A stretch of DNA of 64,000 bases, taken from NCBI GenBank assembly GCA_024137785.1, contig JAHRHZ010000002.1, positions 10,767,263 through 10,831,262 of the forward strand, in the 5' to 3' direction. Position numbers and translations under genes: made by a program. This DNA is from Ginglymostoma cirratum (lineage: Eukaryota). Of the stretch, positions 1-12,829 are shown piece by piece. Every line of letters starts with the position of its first letter. Position 1 is the stretch's first letter. The notes under the pieces were generated by a model, which was not told the origin of the DNA, made no database searches, and worked only from the letters and a program-made list of their open reading frames with translations.

Positions 1-907
1 ACTGAGTAGTGAATAGTTGCAACAACTGTAGATGCTTCTGCCTGCATTATACAAAGAGGCTCTGGGGTTCACATGTAAGGCACATTCATGTAGTATCCAT
101 GGTGTCATTGTATGAGTCATTTTTGACTTTGTAACCTGTGATAAAGTTTTGGCTGTAGTTCAGTGCTAAGGGAGACCATAGAAGGCCAGTGTGAATCTTA
201 CCAGCAAGTTGAATATGCTTCCGATCATACTAAAGTCAGGGTGGAAATCAGGAATAGGAAGCACGTGGAGGACAATATACACATCACTCCCTGTCACGCC
301 TTTCCCCAAAACAAGACGCAAATTACATAGAATCTGACAGCAAAGCCTCTTAAAACTTGACCAGTGCAGAATTTAGAAATTTAAAGATCATGGATGGTCT
401 GAATGGTAAAATCTAACTGAAGAACCAAAATGAATTCTTCTACAAACAAACAAATCAGGAGCTGATGTGGACCTTTCAGTGCCTTAAAACTACTCCACTG
501 TTCAATAAAATCACGACTGTTTTGCTTGTGGCCTCAGCTCAGCCATCCTCTCGACAATCTTTAACTTCCTTGTTAGCTAAAAACTATTCAACTCTGCCTT
601 GAATGTATTGAATTTGCCCCGCCTTTACCAATCTTTGGGAGAAGACAGTTTCACAGTGCCATGACCCACTCTGGAAAAAGTTCCAGCTCACTCCATCTTC
701 AATGGGAGACTCCTTACTTTTAAACTGTGCCCTCTCGTTCCAAGGAAGATGCAAACAAAGAACTGCAGATCCTGGAAACCTGAAACAAGATCAGAAATTG
801 TGGGCAAAACTCAGCAGGTCTGCAGAGACAAAACAGACTTAATGCTTCAAGTCCATTTGCCCCTTGTGTTAACTCTGTATTTCTATCTCCATTCCACACT
901 GTATGAG

Positions 908-1290
908 TCATAGAGTCATGGAGATGTACAGCAAGGAAACAAACTCTTCATTCCAACTCTTCCATGCCGATTAAATATCCTAAATTAATCCAGTCCCATT
1001 TGCCAGCATTTGGCCCATACCCCTCTGAACCCTTCCTATTTACGTACCCATCCAGATGCCTTTTAAATGTTGTAATTGTACCAGCCTCCACCACTTTTTC
1101 CAGCAGCTCATTTTATACATGCACCACCCTCTGAGTAAGAAAAATGCCTCTTAAGTCGCTTTTATATCTTTTTCCTCTCACCTTCAACCTATGCCCTCCG
1201 GTTTTGGACTCTCCTGCACTGAGGAAAAGACTTTGGCTATTCAAACTATTTACCCTATCCATGCCTCTATCCATCTATGATTCTATGATT
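908..1290 (-). mobile_element. CR1/HER1-type LINE 3' fragment
   Basis: Reverse of the recurrent CR1 3' end (ATAGAGTCAT.., CCAGCCTCCACCACTT..). Confidence 0.75.
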
Positions 1291-3074
1291 CTCGATGCTA
1301 CCAGAACTGTTGATTTTCTCCAGCACTATCTGTTTTAGTCCCCTCGTTAACGTCTCTGCCATAAGGGGACACATTTTCTCAGCATCGCCTTACATGTTCC
1401 CTCAGGACGTTGCATATTTCATTAAGTTGACCTCTCAGTCATCAAAACTCCAAAGAATACAGAGACAAGCCGTCAGATACTTCCTCGGAAAATAACCTCC
1501 CATTCAAGGTATCAGTAAAGTGAAACATTTCTCAGATAACTGCCAATACATTGATGTCCTTTCCCGATGAAGACATCAAAATTTTACACAGTCCTCCAGA
1601 AGGAGTCGCCCCAATATCCCATACAACCATAGCAAACCATCGCGACATGTATGTTCCATTCATTCACCTAATATCATGCTCGTTTAATTACCCTGTACAA
1701 CATTAATATTTACCTCCACAATACAAATGCTAGTTGCCGAACAGAAAGATAAATATATGGGCATTTTATCCTCATCCAGTCAGTTTTATTAATTTGTTTA
1801 CAAGTATCAACGGCTTTTGAAAGGGGATCTTCAGAAACGTATGTATTAGGTTTCATGAACCATCGATGGTGAAACTTCGAGTGAAGTGTTCTGCTTTTGC
1901 TTGACGAGGTCCAGGAGAAATTTGTCTGGAACTCATCCGTAGTTCAAACGTTTGAACTGAAATCCACGCTGATCGCAAGAACATTTGTCAGCAACTGATC
2001 ATAAAATATATTTATACAATAAATGATCAATAAAAACAAATTTAGCGCTTGCGGAAAAACAATCTTTTATAATTCAAATAATAACAATATAATTTTAGTA
2101 GTTTCCAGACATGGTTAATTCTGCAAACGTACGATGCTAATCCAGTAGTTGGGCCTCCGTCTCTGTTTCAAGCTGATGCTGAATCTTTATGCTCAGAAAT
2201 AGGAATGGCATAACTGAGCCACCTTGTTGTTTCATCAGTCATAAGTACCAGAGATCAATGCAATAAGTTGGAGATGTGCATATTTTGAGAGAGAGCTCTA
2301 AATAAGCTACTTGAATTTATTTACCAATATATCTTTTAGCGAATTAGTTTGTCTTCGGGAGTTGGGTTAATGTACATCTGTTGTCTAAACATAAAAGATA
2401 TAATTGGAGAATAACTTCATTTAATCCAGGTCCAAAAACTATGAATGGGACACTTTTGTGTAAAATCTAACTCGGTGCCTTAAGATTTAAGGAAACTTAA
2501 GGCTACTACGAGATCAATTCAAAGTTTGAACTGAAAGAGGAACTGAAGATTGCGTTAATAGCAGAGTAAAGGCATTCTGAAGCCAATTGAAGAGTCTCGA
2601 GCCTATTCAGGGTGATTTTCGAACACTGAAAGAATCTATATGATGAATTCCGAGGGTCTCCATGTCTGGAACGACATTAAAACAAATTGTTTGCAACAGC
2701 TTTCACACTTGAATCCAATGTTGTGCCGATACCAGTCAGCTGTGTCATTATTCGCAAACTTGTTAATATTTACGCAAATGGAGATAGCGAGGAAAGACAA
2801 ATGAGATTTAGAATAGATTGATTTTCCAGCCCTGATGAAATTCTCACAATGCTTTACAAAAGCAACTGAGACAGGGATATGGACGAACTCTACGCCTGTA
2901 ATTTTCGTCTACAACTGTTCCCTAAATCACCGAGGATACAAATTATATTTCCTAACGTTTAAGACGATAACGTAGAGCGGAGTGACTAAGCTCATTTTCT
3001 CTTGTGTTTTCGGGAATTGATCAGATAACTGCAGATATTCTCACAGCTTGCCTGTGGCGTTCTGACGTATTGCG

Positions 3075-3084
3075 NNNNNNNNNN
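3075..3084. other. Assembly gap (10 N)
   Basis: Run of n in the sequence. Confidence 1.
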
Positions 3085-3924
3085 AGGGCTAATGACGGGC
3101 ACTGCAGTGAGTACGTGGCGTGTGGTTGCGTAGGTGGGCCTGTCAGACTAATAGCGAGTATGGCAGAAGAAATAGCTCAGGTGGCCGCCCACCACTTTCC
3201 ATCCAAAGCGCGAAATCGAGATGATGGCACCGTTGAAAAATCTCTCCACTTCCACGCTCCATCAAGAGTGCACACGCGGTCAAGCAATGCATTGTCTTAC
3301 CGATAACATTTAATTCTTTTTTATGAACTCTTTACTCTCTGCTGTTTCAACATAGAGACAACTCAGATTAATTTACCTGTTTCGGGGTGCAAATTTTTAT
3401 GAGTTTATGTACAATATTTCCCTCTTAGTTCTGTCGAAATTTCTCTCATTAAACTTACGCAGGTTTCACCTCAACGAGAGAACAATGCATTCAATGTATT
3501 GCAACGCTGCTGCTCATATTCCTGCAATTTAGTCTTGTCCTTCCTGTCTATAAGATGTATTGAGCAATTCATCATCATACAGGTTATACCAGTCATGGCG
3601 TTGACTCCGAGATCGTCCATCACGCCAGCCCGTTAGAAATGCTATTTGAAAAGAGCGAAAGTGCATGCAAAAGGGGAGATTTACAATTCATATAAGTGGC
3701 TAGCCTAAAACTGTCAGTCCCACGTTACAGTATTCGAAGTTTGGACTTAAGACTGGAAAGAGTAATGGGGCATTTTGTGATGTAGGCCTTTGTGAGGGGT
3801 GGATGGAAGGTGGCGTGAGTAAAGTGCAATTGGCTTTGGGAGCTGACATTTGCTGAAACGGAGAGCCAGACATTCTTAATCGGAGTAAAATCTACCAGCC
3901 AGACTCCGGTCTGTCTAAAAGAGC

Positions 3925-5461
3925 TACGAAAAGATGTTATGGGGGAAATAACAAATGCACTAGTAATTATGTGCCAAAATTCACTGGACTCTGGTGTGGT
4001 TCCCACAGATTGGAAAACAGCCAACGTGACGCCACTGTTTAAAAAAGGAAGGAGACAAAAAGCAGGTGACTCCAGTTAGCTTAACCACGGTAGTGGGGAA
4101 AATGCTTCAATCTATAATTAAGGAAGAAGAGTAAGACATCTGGATGCAAATTCTCCGATTGGGAACACCCAGCATGGGTTCATGAAGGATAGGTCAGGTT
4201 TAACTAATTTGTTGGAATTCTTTGAGGGCATTACTTGCATGGTGGACAATGGGGAACCTGTGGAAGTAGTGTATCTGGATTTCCAGAAGGCATTTGACAA
4301 GGTGCCACACCAGAGGCTGCTACATAAGATAAAGATGCACGGTATTAGAGGTAACGTATTGGCATGGATAGAGGTTTGGATGACTAGTAGAAAGCAAAGA
4401 GTGGGGGTAAATGGGTGTTTTTCTGGTTGGCGGTCAGTGGCTAGTGGTGTGCCTCTGGGATGAGTGTTGGGACCGCAATTATTTCCAATTTTCATAGATG
4501 ATTTGGAGTTGGGGACGAAGTGTGGTGTGTCAAAATTTGCAGATGACTCTAAGATGAGTGGTACAGCAAAGTGTGCAGAAGACACTAAAAGTCTACAGAC
4601 GGATATAGATCGTCTAAGTGAGTGCGCAAAGGTCTGGCAGATAGAGTACAATGTTGACAAGTGTGAGGACATCCATCTTGGTGGGAATAACAGCAAAATG
4701 GACTATGTTTTAAATGTGAAAAAATTGCAGCACTCTGCTATGCAGAGGGACTTGGTTTCCTTGTGCATCATTCGCTAAAAGTAGGGTTGCAGGTGCAGCA
4801 GGTAATTAAAAAAGGCAAGTGGAATTTGTCTGTCATTGCTAGAGGGTTGGAGTTTAAAAACAGTGAGGCTATGCTGCAGCCGTTTCGGGCCCTGGTGAGG
4901 CCACACCTGGAGTACTGTGTGCAGTTTTGGCCTCCATTCGTGCGAAGGGATATACGAGCACTGGAGAGGGGATGCAGAGTTGATTCACTCGGTTGATTCC
5001 AGAGTTGAGAGGGTTGGATTATGAGGAGAGACTGAGTAGACTGTGATTATATACATTGGAATTCAGAAGAAAGATTGGAGATCTTATAAAAACATCTAAG
5101 ATTATGAAGGGAATAGATGAGGTGGAGGCAGGGAGGTTTTTTCCACTAGCAGGTGAAACTAGGTCTAGGGGGCATAGCCTCACAATAAAGGGAAGCAGAT
5201 GTAGGACTGAGGTCAGGATGAACTTCTTCAACCAAAGGGTTGTGAATCTGTGGAATTCCCTGCTCAGTGAAGCGGTTGAAGCTACCTCGCTGAATGTGTT
5301 TAAGGCAAAGCTCGATAAATATTTGAACAGTAAAGGAACTAAGGGTTATGGTGCGCTGGCGGGTAAGTGGAACTGAGTCTCAAAGATCACCCATGATCTT
5401 ATTGAATGGCGGGGCAGGCTCGAGGGTCCGGATGGCCGACTCCTGCTCCTAGTTCTTATGT
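3925..5461 (+). mobile_element. CR1-clade LINE, 5'-truncated, degenerate ORF2 reverse transcriptase
   Basis: Frameshifted ORFs with VYLDFQKAFDKVPH, SGVPxG, KFADD, RPHLEYCVQFW and FFNQRVVNLWNSL motifs, followed by a 3' tail. Confidence 0.95.
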
Positions 5462-5837
5462 CTGTTCGACGAACTTACATTCTGTTTCCATTCAAAATAG
5501 CCAACTGAAACATTTGAGTTGCTTTCTGGTATGTGCGAGGGTAACCCTATTGACCATCCGAACATAATTAGTTTATGCGTGATCATGATGGCTTCCAGCG
5601 CTCTTCGACACAGAGGCTAGATTTCCAAGCAGTATTTTTCACAAGCATAAAATCTCCTCCTGTCTGTCCTGTGCTAACCCCCGTCCTTAATTATTCGCCC
5701 TGCATGATTCGCCAGGGCTGCCTATGACTGAAGACCGGCCATCAAAATTCCGGACGCGCACAAACTCATCGGAACACACGAAGATTGCCCCCAACCCGCA
5801 AGCAGGGTCTTCTTGACTTCCCACTTTCTCTTTCTTG

Positions 5838-6150
5838 CTTCAAAAATATACTTTATTCTTTAATAATATCTTTGTATATATGCATTGTCACAAATGCTTT
5901 TCGGTTCCGGATCGTTGCATATCAAGTGAACAAACATTTGAGTTTGACTCTATCCCAAAAAGAAAAACAGCATCTTTTTCACATACAAGACCGAATTTGC
6001 ATGCACTATAGGTCTAGGAGGGTCCGACAACAGAACGGACCCCCATTTACCTTCGGCGGAAAGAACTCACTCAGACAGTGGTCTTTCCCCACCGCCCTTT
6101 GGCAGAAGCTGTCCCAAGCTTTAGTGTGTCCCTCAGCATGTAGTCCTGGG
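5838..6150 (-). mobile_element. Tx1/L1-clade LINE 3' end
   Basis: The minus strand encodes QDYMLRDTLKLGTASAKGRWGKTTV* (6148..6071), followed by a 3' UTR with AATAAA. Confidence 0.6.
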
Positions 6151-6639
6151 GCTTGGATTGTTCCAGTCTACAACACTTGATCGGGTCAACTAAAATCGCG
6201 ATGCCACTGCCCTAATTTTACTAAAGGAAGCTGTTCTGGCACATACACCCGGGACCGGGATTCCGCACCGATCAATTTTCCAATATTGACATTCGGCGAA
6301 TAACTTACCACCCATGTTGAGACCTGTTCCTGCTCCGTGCTTCTCTCCTACACGTAACAGCAGTAAATGTATCCCAGAAATGTCCAGCCTCGCACCTGTT
6401 ATTATTAGGGCAATGATAAAAAGCCTTTTTCTCTGGGTTAAAAAATTGCCACTCACCCCACCCCCGAACCTGTTTTCGACTATCCCATGAGTAAATTCAC
6501 TTACCACCAGTGTATCTTTGCTTCAGGACAGCCATTGGCTATGTTAGTACAGGGGATGAGCATTGATGCCCAGTAAGCGCTGAACTCCTCAGCAGACTCT
6601 GAATAACCGCTGCCTGAACTGGGGAGAACTATGAAACAA

Positions 6640-6700
6640 AACCATTGGAGATTGGGACATTGAGAGGCGGGACGACGTCAAGAGATGCAACCATCCAATA
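6640..6700. promoter_or_regulatory. Promoter-like motif cluster (two ATTGG, GC box GGCGGG, CRE-like GACGTCA, CCAAT)
   Basis: All motifs fall within about 60 bp of CpG-rich unique sequence. Confidence 0.35.
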
Positions 6701-7037
6701 CGAAGAGTTGGCTTTCTTTTTGTTTTGTCAACGCACGCAATATATTTTAGTTTCATCGACACGCATGGAGGTAACAGACCAAAACAGATTTGTTATCCAC
6801 CGTCAGCTATTTTTAACACAGAGCTCTCAGCCTTACGTAAGAATTGAATTGAGTGAAGCGTAAGAAAAGCACTTCGCGTCTCAAATGCTCTCTCGTCACA
6901 GCGACGTTGAGCTCCAGGTAATCACAGTCCCGCCGCCGAGTATTGGACTTGTCCAAGAAGGTTATAAAAGCGAATACACATGCTTTTCCGTCTCATCTTT
7001 GTCCTGCCACACTCTTCCCCCACAAACCCACCCCCCG

Positions 7038-7086
7038 ACACACACACACACACACACAGATACACACACATACACACGTACACACC
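7038..7086. repeat. (CA)n microsatellite, imperfect
   Basis: Direct reading. Confidence 0.9.
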
Positions 7087-7277
7087 CGTAGAATCTGTTA
7101 CCTCGGAGCAAGAAACAATTCAGTTAGTGACGTTAGCCCGCTCCTTTCAAGTTGCCCTTCACATTGGGCCTCTTCAAGTTGCCATTCAGTTTCTTTTTCT
7201 AAAACGACTACCGGGAGCGACGGTCCCAAGGTCCAGGAACGAGCAAGTTCGATTGTTGACGACTCCTCCACCGGAAG

Positions 7278-7515
7278 GTGGTGCTGTGATTGAGCTGGCT
7301 GGACACAGCAGGCCCAGCAGCATCAGAGGAGCAGGAAGGCTGATGTTTCGGGTCGGGACTCTTCTTCAGAAATGAAGAATTCTGACGAATTTCTGCAGAA
7401 CGGTCCTGACCCGAAACGTCAGCTTTTCTGACCCCCTAATGCTGCCTGGCCTGCTGTGTTCCTCCAGCTCTGCACTGTGTTATTTCAGACTCCAGCATCG
7501 GCAGTTCTTACTATC
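7278..7515. mobile_element. Palindromic Penelope-like terminal repeat with hammerhead-like cores on both strands
   Basis: Inverted arms. The minus strand at 7369..7341 reads CTGAAGAAGAGTCCCGACCCGAAACATC and the plus strand at 7393..7420 reads CTGCAGAACGGTCCTGACCCGAAACGTC. Confidence 0.7.
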
Positions 7516-7519
7516 TGTG

Positions 7520-7860
7520 GCTCTGTGATGGTACTGTCATGGATTTTGAGACCCACTGGGTTCAGGGCTTAGGCTCTGAGATTATGGGTCAACTCCTCCC
7601 ACGGCAGCCAGTGGAATTTACACGCAGTTGGTAAATAGGCAATGTTCAGATGGTTTCCTAGGCGCTGTGGATCGTGCAGCGATTTTGTCAGTAGTTGTTC
7701 TAATACAATTAGTGACCCTGTGGGGAAGGAAGTTTGCTATTCCTATCCAGTGCACCATACATGGCAAAACCTCAGCAATGTGTAACTGACTGCTGAAATG
7801 GCTCTGCAAGGAACTCAGCTCGAGGGCACATTGGTATGCGCAGGCAACATCCCATAAAAG
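7520..7860 (+). mobile_element. tRNA-derived SINE, degenerate (same family at ~16745-17300, 37195-37475, 63100-63440 and inside each triplicated unit)
   Basis: Shared blocks GGCAGCxGGTGGAATT, TAGGGAAGGAAA, CTACATGTGACTCCAGAC. Confidence 0.6.
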
Positions 7861-9989
7861 AACAAACAGAAACAATTCGAAGCCAACAGTGATGCATCCT
7901 TAGAGTTGCTAATAAGACCGTTATTTTGGGAGATGCGACAAGTAGAGACAGGAGCAATGCATTGTAGGACATCTCCAGCTCTCCCTCCATTACTGACACG
8001 ATATCACAGAGAGTTCCGGAAGCTTACCTCTCACTGTGAGCTGTGTTCCATATCCTAGGCATGATTTTCACGGTGCACTAATAGACCCGTCATCGCTCAC
8101 GTTCAACTCCTTCATTAGAATCGAAGCACCTTGGCCATGTAAAGCAGGTCCTTTAGGGATCTGTGGGCATGGACTCCACTGGTATTGCTGCAGTCATTTG
8201 CCATCTATAAGACCTGATCAAAAGACAATAAGAAAGACGAACAGGAACAGTCATTTCGGTCCCTCAAGTCTGCTCTGCCACTCAATAGAATTGTGATAGA
8301 TCAGACATTCCTCGTATCCACTTTCCTGCGTTTTCCCCACGCCTTTGTTTCCCCTGCCCAGATCAAAATCTATCTATACCAACCTTAAACGTACGCAAGA
8401 ACTTTGATCCCGCAGGTGTCTATGTTAAGGGGTTCCAAAGCCTTCAGAGCCCTCTGAGAGAAGAAATTTCCCCTTATCTCAGTCTTGAATTGATGCCCCT
8501 TTATTCTGAGGCGACACCCTCTGGTCCTCCGGAGAGCTGTCGGCCGCCCACTGAGTGGCTGAGCACAAACTGGACTTCCATCTCCGGAATCCTCCAAAAT
8601 CCATTCCTTTGGAGGCTCCCAGTCCAATTCCTGAACGCCAGATGTGAAAAAGGAAGCAGGACATTTGAGAGTCAGTTGGCCAGAATAAACAGCAGCAAAG
8701 GTTTGCAACAAACACAACGGCAAAAAGCGACGTAGGGCCAAAGCTGAGATCGTAAATTCAAACAGAAGCTGTTGTAAATTTTCCAGAGGTCGAGCAGCAT
8801 CTGTGAAGGGAGAAATTTCACCATTAATACTTCGACCGTAGTCTTGTTGAGGGACGGTAATTTCAACTTTCTGCATGAAATAGGCCGTATCGAACAAGCA
8901 ACCTATTATTGACCTTACCTGTTTCTCCCAGGCATTTGCCACGGAGCTGTACAAGTCACACATTGTGAATGACGTGGACCTATTTTGATAGCCACCATTT
9001 ATCACCATGGGAAAAAAAGTCAAAATGAAGTGGAATTTATGTGCTCACTCCAATGTTCGGTCAACACTAAATTTTAATGCATTCTCAGTTCCAGTATGTG
9101 AATTTCGTCCTCATTGTCATCAGAGGTCACGAATATCTGAACTTAGGAATGACAGGCGCCCAGTTCTCAGGGCGTGTATTTTGCAGGTGGCAAGTTAAAA
9201 GCTCGTCCCATTAACTTGTCGATGCATCAATCATTGTAGTTGATTGAAAGTGATTGATTTTTCATATAACTGAAGCATTGTATAGGCTAGAGACATCAGG
9301 TAGAAAGAAACGCGAAGTGCCGGAGAAACGCAACAGGTCTCACAGCATCTGAGCAGAGAGAAACAGAGTCAACCTTCACGTCAGATGTGACTGTACTTCA
9401 GAAATGAAAACCACTGGAAGGTATTGAACGAATGATTTATTTAGTGTCACTTGCATTTCACAGTGAGTAATGTAGCAAAATACAGTGAAAAGCTTCAACA
9501 GTGCCGCAACCTGGCACCATTTTGAATAATTTAAGCATGAACAGGATAGAAGATATAACTGAAAGGAAATAGAACAATATTAAAAAAGATAAGGTGATAT
9601 GTTAAAAAAAACGTGCCTGCAGAACAGTGTCAGGATAGATGATTGAATGGAATATAAACGAAATCACAAAATGACCCAAATCAAATAAGAGGGAAACCGT
9701 AGAATACAAGACAAAGCTAACCAGTTCTATTAAATCGGGAGAGCCTGCGTAAGGGTCACTGGACCCGAAATAGTGATTGATTTCACTCCGCGAATGCTGA
9801 CAGACCAGCTGAGTTTTCCCCAGACATTTCTGGTATTGTTTCTGATTTCCAGCTTGTGTAGCTCTTTCGGGTTTTTGTTGTTGAATGTGAATTCAGATTT
9901 CAACTGACTCAGTAAATATTTAAAGAAGCAACGAATTAACAAAATGATCACAGTACCTATAGTAATTGAGAACGCAGCGTTGACAATCG

Positions 9990-10830
9990 AAAATAAGGAA
10001 ATGGCAAATTAATTGAACGTGGAGGGAGAAACTTAGAAAAATCACAGTAGCGTTGAAATTCTTGGAGTTGCGTTTTGATATAAGCTCGGGTCCAGATGGA
10101 CTTCGTTCTAGTGTTCTAAAAGAAAGGTCAAATTAGACCGTGGTGCGTTGTTTTTAATTTTCCAATAGTCACTCGATTCCAGAATTGTCCTTTTAGATTG
10201 GATGATAGTGAATATAACTTCTTTATGACAGGGAAGGTGTGGGTGGGGTCCAATGGTGCAGGGGCACGTGGGAAACGAAAGTCCAATCAGTTTATCATCT
10301 GTCATCGAGGAAATGTTTGAAGTTCTTTTGAAAGAACTCACACTAGAGAAGACAAATAGAATGGTGTTTTTTTTCAAGGAGAATGGTGTTTAATGATAGG
10401 GAGGTTTTGAAAGAACTACACAGGCCATTAGGCAGATCACATCTGGATTACTGTGAAATGTTTTTTTCCCTTTATCTCGGAATAGATATTCTAGTGTTGG
10501 AGGCAGTACAACAAGGGTTAACCAGATTGATCATTAGTATCGAATGACTGTCTTATCAGATGAAGATTGAGTCTATTTGGTCTGTACTCATTACATTTTA
10601 GAACAATGAATGGCGACCTTATTAAAACATCCAAGGTTCATTGAGGTCTTGACAGTGGAGAATCATAGAGATTGCTTCCCCTTGTGACAGTGGACAGGCC
10701 CTAACCACGTAATTGCAGAGTTATTGAGTAAAGGTATGGAATTGGAGTTGAGGATTATCAGGTCACCCGTGATCTCATTGACTTGATGGACCAAATGACG
10801 ATTTCTTCTCTCATGTCTTGTTGTCTTATG
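9990..10830 (+). mobile_element. Old CR1 LINE fragment
   Basis: Degenerate GPDG, IFQxSLDS and HLEYCVQFWSP-like segments. Confidence 0.7.
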
Positions 10831-12786
10831 TTACGTGTTATAAAATTAAGAATGACTATTTATAAGGGATGAAGTCTTTGTCGGGAGGCTGTGGAATGTA
10901 AATATTTGTACTTATAACTTCAATGCTTGGTTATCATGGTTTACTTATCCCGAGAAAGCTTTCAAATTTTGCAGACTTTGCAATGTCAAGTTTTCATTGT
11001 CAGGGATTTTCAGCAGACAATTTAAATAAGCCTTAGTGTTGAATAAATTTCTGTCTGGATACTTAAAGACAACCGCCTAGAATCATTGATGGTTGAATGT
11101 TCTCCTAACTGATCTCAGAACTTGCTGATACTAGTTGGGATCTGGTTTGTTCTCTGGTATCTATCTGGAGATGGAATGAATTGCATTCACATTTTTCTCA
11201 CAAGGGAGAGATGAGGTCAAAATAATTATCTACTCCTCGCATATATTAAAATAACCAGTCGCCATGTAAACGCCTTCAGTTAATTATTGAAAGGACTGAT
11301 AGTTCAGTTAACTAAATCTGTATCAAAACATTCGACATGAACAGGAACATGCAGTTTGTCTTTTTAAATTCTGAAGTTTCTTTTTGCACATTATGTTAGG
11401 TATCATACGTTGTGGAGGTCGATAACTGCATCTGTTTTACCGAAGCATAGCATTTTGCACTTTTAAAAAAGAACCATCGTTTGCAGTTGAGTACAGTTTT
11501 TGCTGTCGGGATACACAATTGACGACTCTCAAGCGTAGCCTGTCTGGTTGAAAGTGAGATCTAAATACCTATACAAAAATAGACCCTTATCTGATGGTTA
11601 CGTGCGCATCTCTGCAGTCCGACATAATTTTTGCATGAAAGACACTCCACAAAACTGATCAAATATCATTTGAATAAATATCACCTTCTCTGGCTAATTG
11701 TCATGCTTTCTTTTGTAAAGTTTTTGAGTACTTAATTTTCAATAAAGGTGTTGTATAAATTTAATTTGTCGTTAACGACTGAAATGACAAGAACACATTT
11801 TTTCAATGTTATTTCTTCAAATGTCTTTCCAAATTGCTGCAATAAATCTTAAGATACATGAAACGAAAGAAGTTAAACAAAATTTAAAACATTCTTGCTC
11901 AAAAGGCATTAAGAAGTGCCACTTCCTTTAGTTTCTCACATCTGAAATATTTGTACCGATTCCTTAAAGAGAGAACCCATGCATTGATGTGCTTGCAAAA
12001 GTGACAAAAAAAAAGCATCTTGTTTCCCACATTACTTTTCTTATTTCGATTTTCTCCCTTTAATCAAATTTAACCCTAATCCTAACTAACCTCACTTTGG
12101 AAAACATGCTTCAAGTCATAGAGATCTACAGCACAATATGCCTGTCTTGCAATTTAATGGTTTACCCAGTTGGATACTGGATGTAACATAATGGTTGAAG
12201 TCGAGTGACAGTGGGTTTGTGATGCTGGAACAAAACAAATGAGCGTTTCATGTTCCATGTCAGTAGATTCCCTGGCACCCGTGGATAAGATCAGAGGCAA
12301 ATCTCCTTGATTTTCTATTCTTTGTTCCGAATTGCCAGGAACAGCAAGCTCTCCTGTTCTTTTGGAAATATGTCTGAACGCAATTTCCTTACTCATTGCT
12401 GTCAGGAAGTTTAATTTCCGGTCTCACGATCTGGGTGCTCTTTGATAAGTCATTATTTCAGAGTGGTTGTTGATATGAAGCAAATGCGTTGCAAAGACTC
12501 GAAGCTCTGAGGTCCCACGAGTGCACATTATTGCATGATTGTCATCATTGAGTTTCTTTAAATCAATACTTCAGGAACTGTCAAAGACGAATGTACGAAA
12601 ACCTCAAACTATTGGAAACAGCGGCCAAGCTGAACCCTCGCTGCACTAGGAGGTGAAAAAAAGAGGCTTTGAGTAACAAAATCCATTGTGTCACATGCTG
12701 TCGGTGTCATTAAGAGTTGTTATGTTCTCTCAACAGTACTATGGAAAATCTGCATATAATACCATTCCATTCGCACAGCGGCAAAA

Positions 12787-12829
12787 ATGGCTTCAGGTGC
12801 CGTGTTCTGTATTCTTAGTCTTGGCTTTG
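12787..12829 (+). CDS. Gene 1 signal-peptide exon (MASGAVFCILSLGF, phase 1)
   Basis: AAAATGG Kozak context, hydrophobic 14 codons plus 1 nt, donor G|GTAAGA at 12830. Same 43-nt length as the gene 2 leader. Confidence 0.8.

Noticed and set aside
1750-3700. Possible ancient L1 remnant or continuation of the minus-strand exons
   Set aside because: Only a faint PDE..LYK resemblance. The candidate exons I tested hit stops or the wrong phase, and the region contains a gap.
8385-9023. 212-aa minus-strand ORF
   Set aside because: Patchwork of CR1 3' end and Penelope-like repeat sequence with no coherent domain.
12070-12092. Telomere-like TAACCCTAATCCTAAC
   Set aside because: Too short and degenerate to call an interstitial telomeric repeat.
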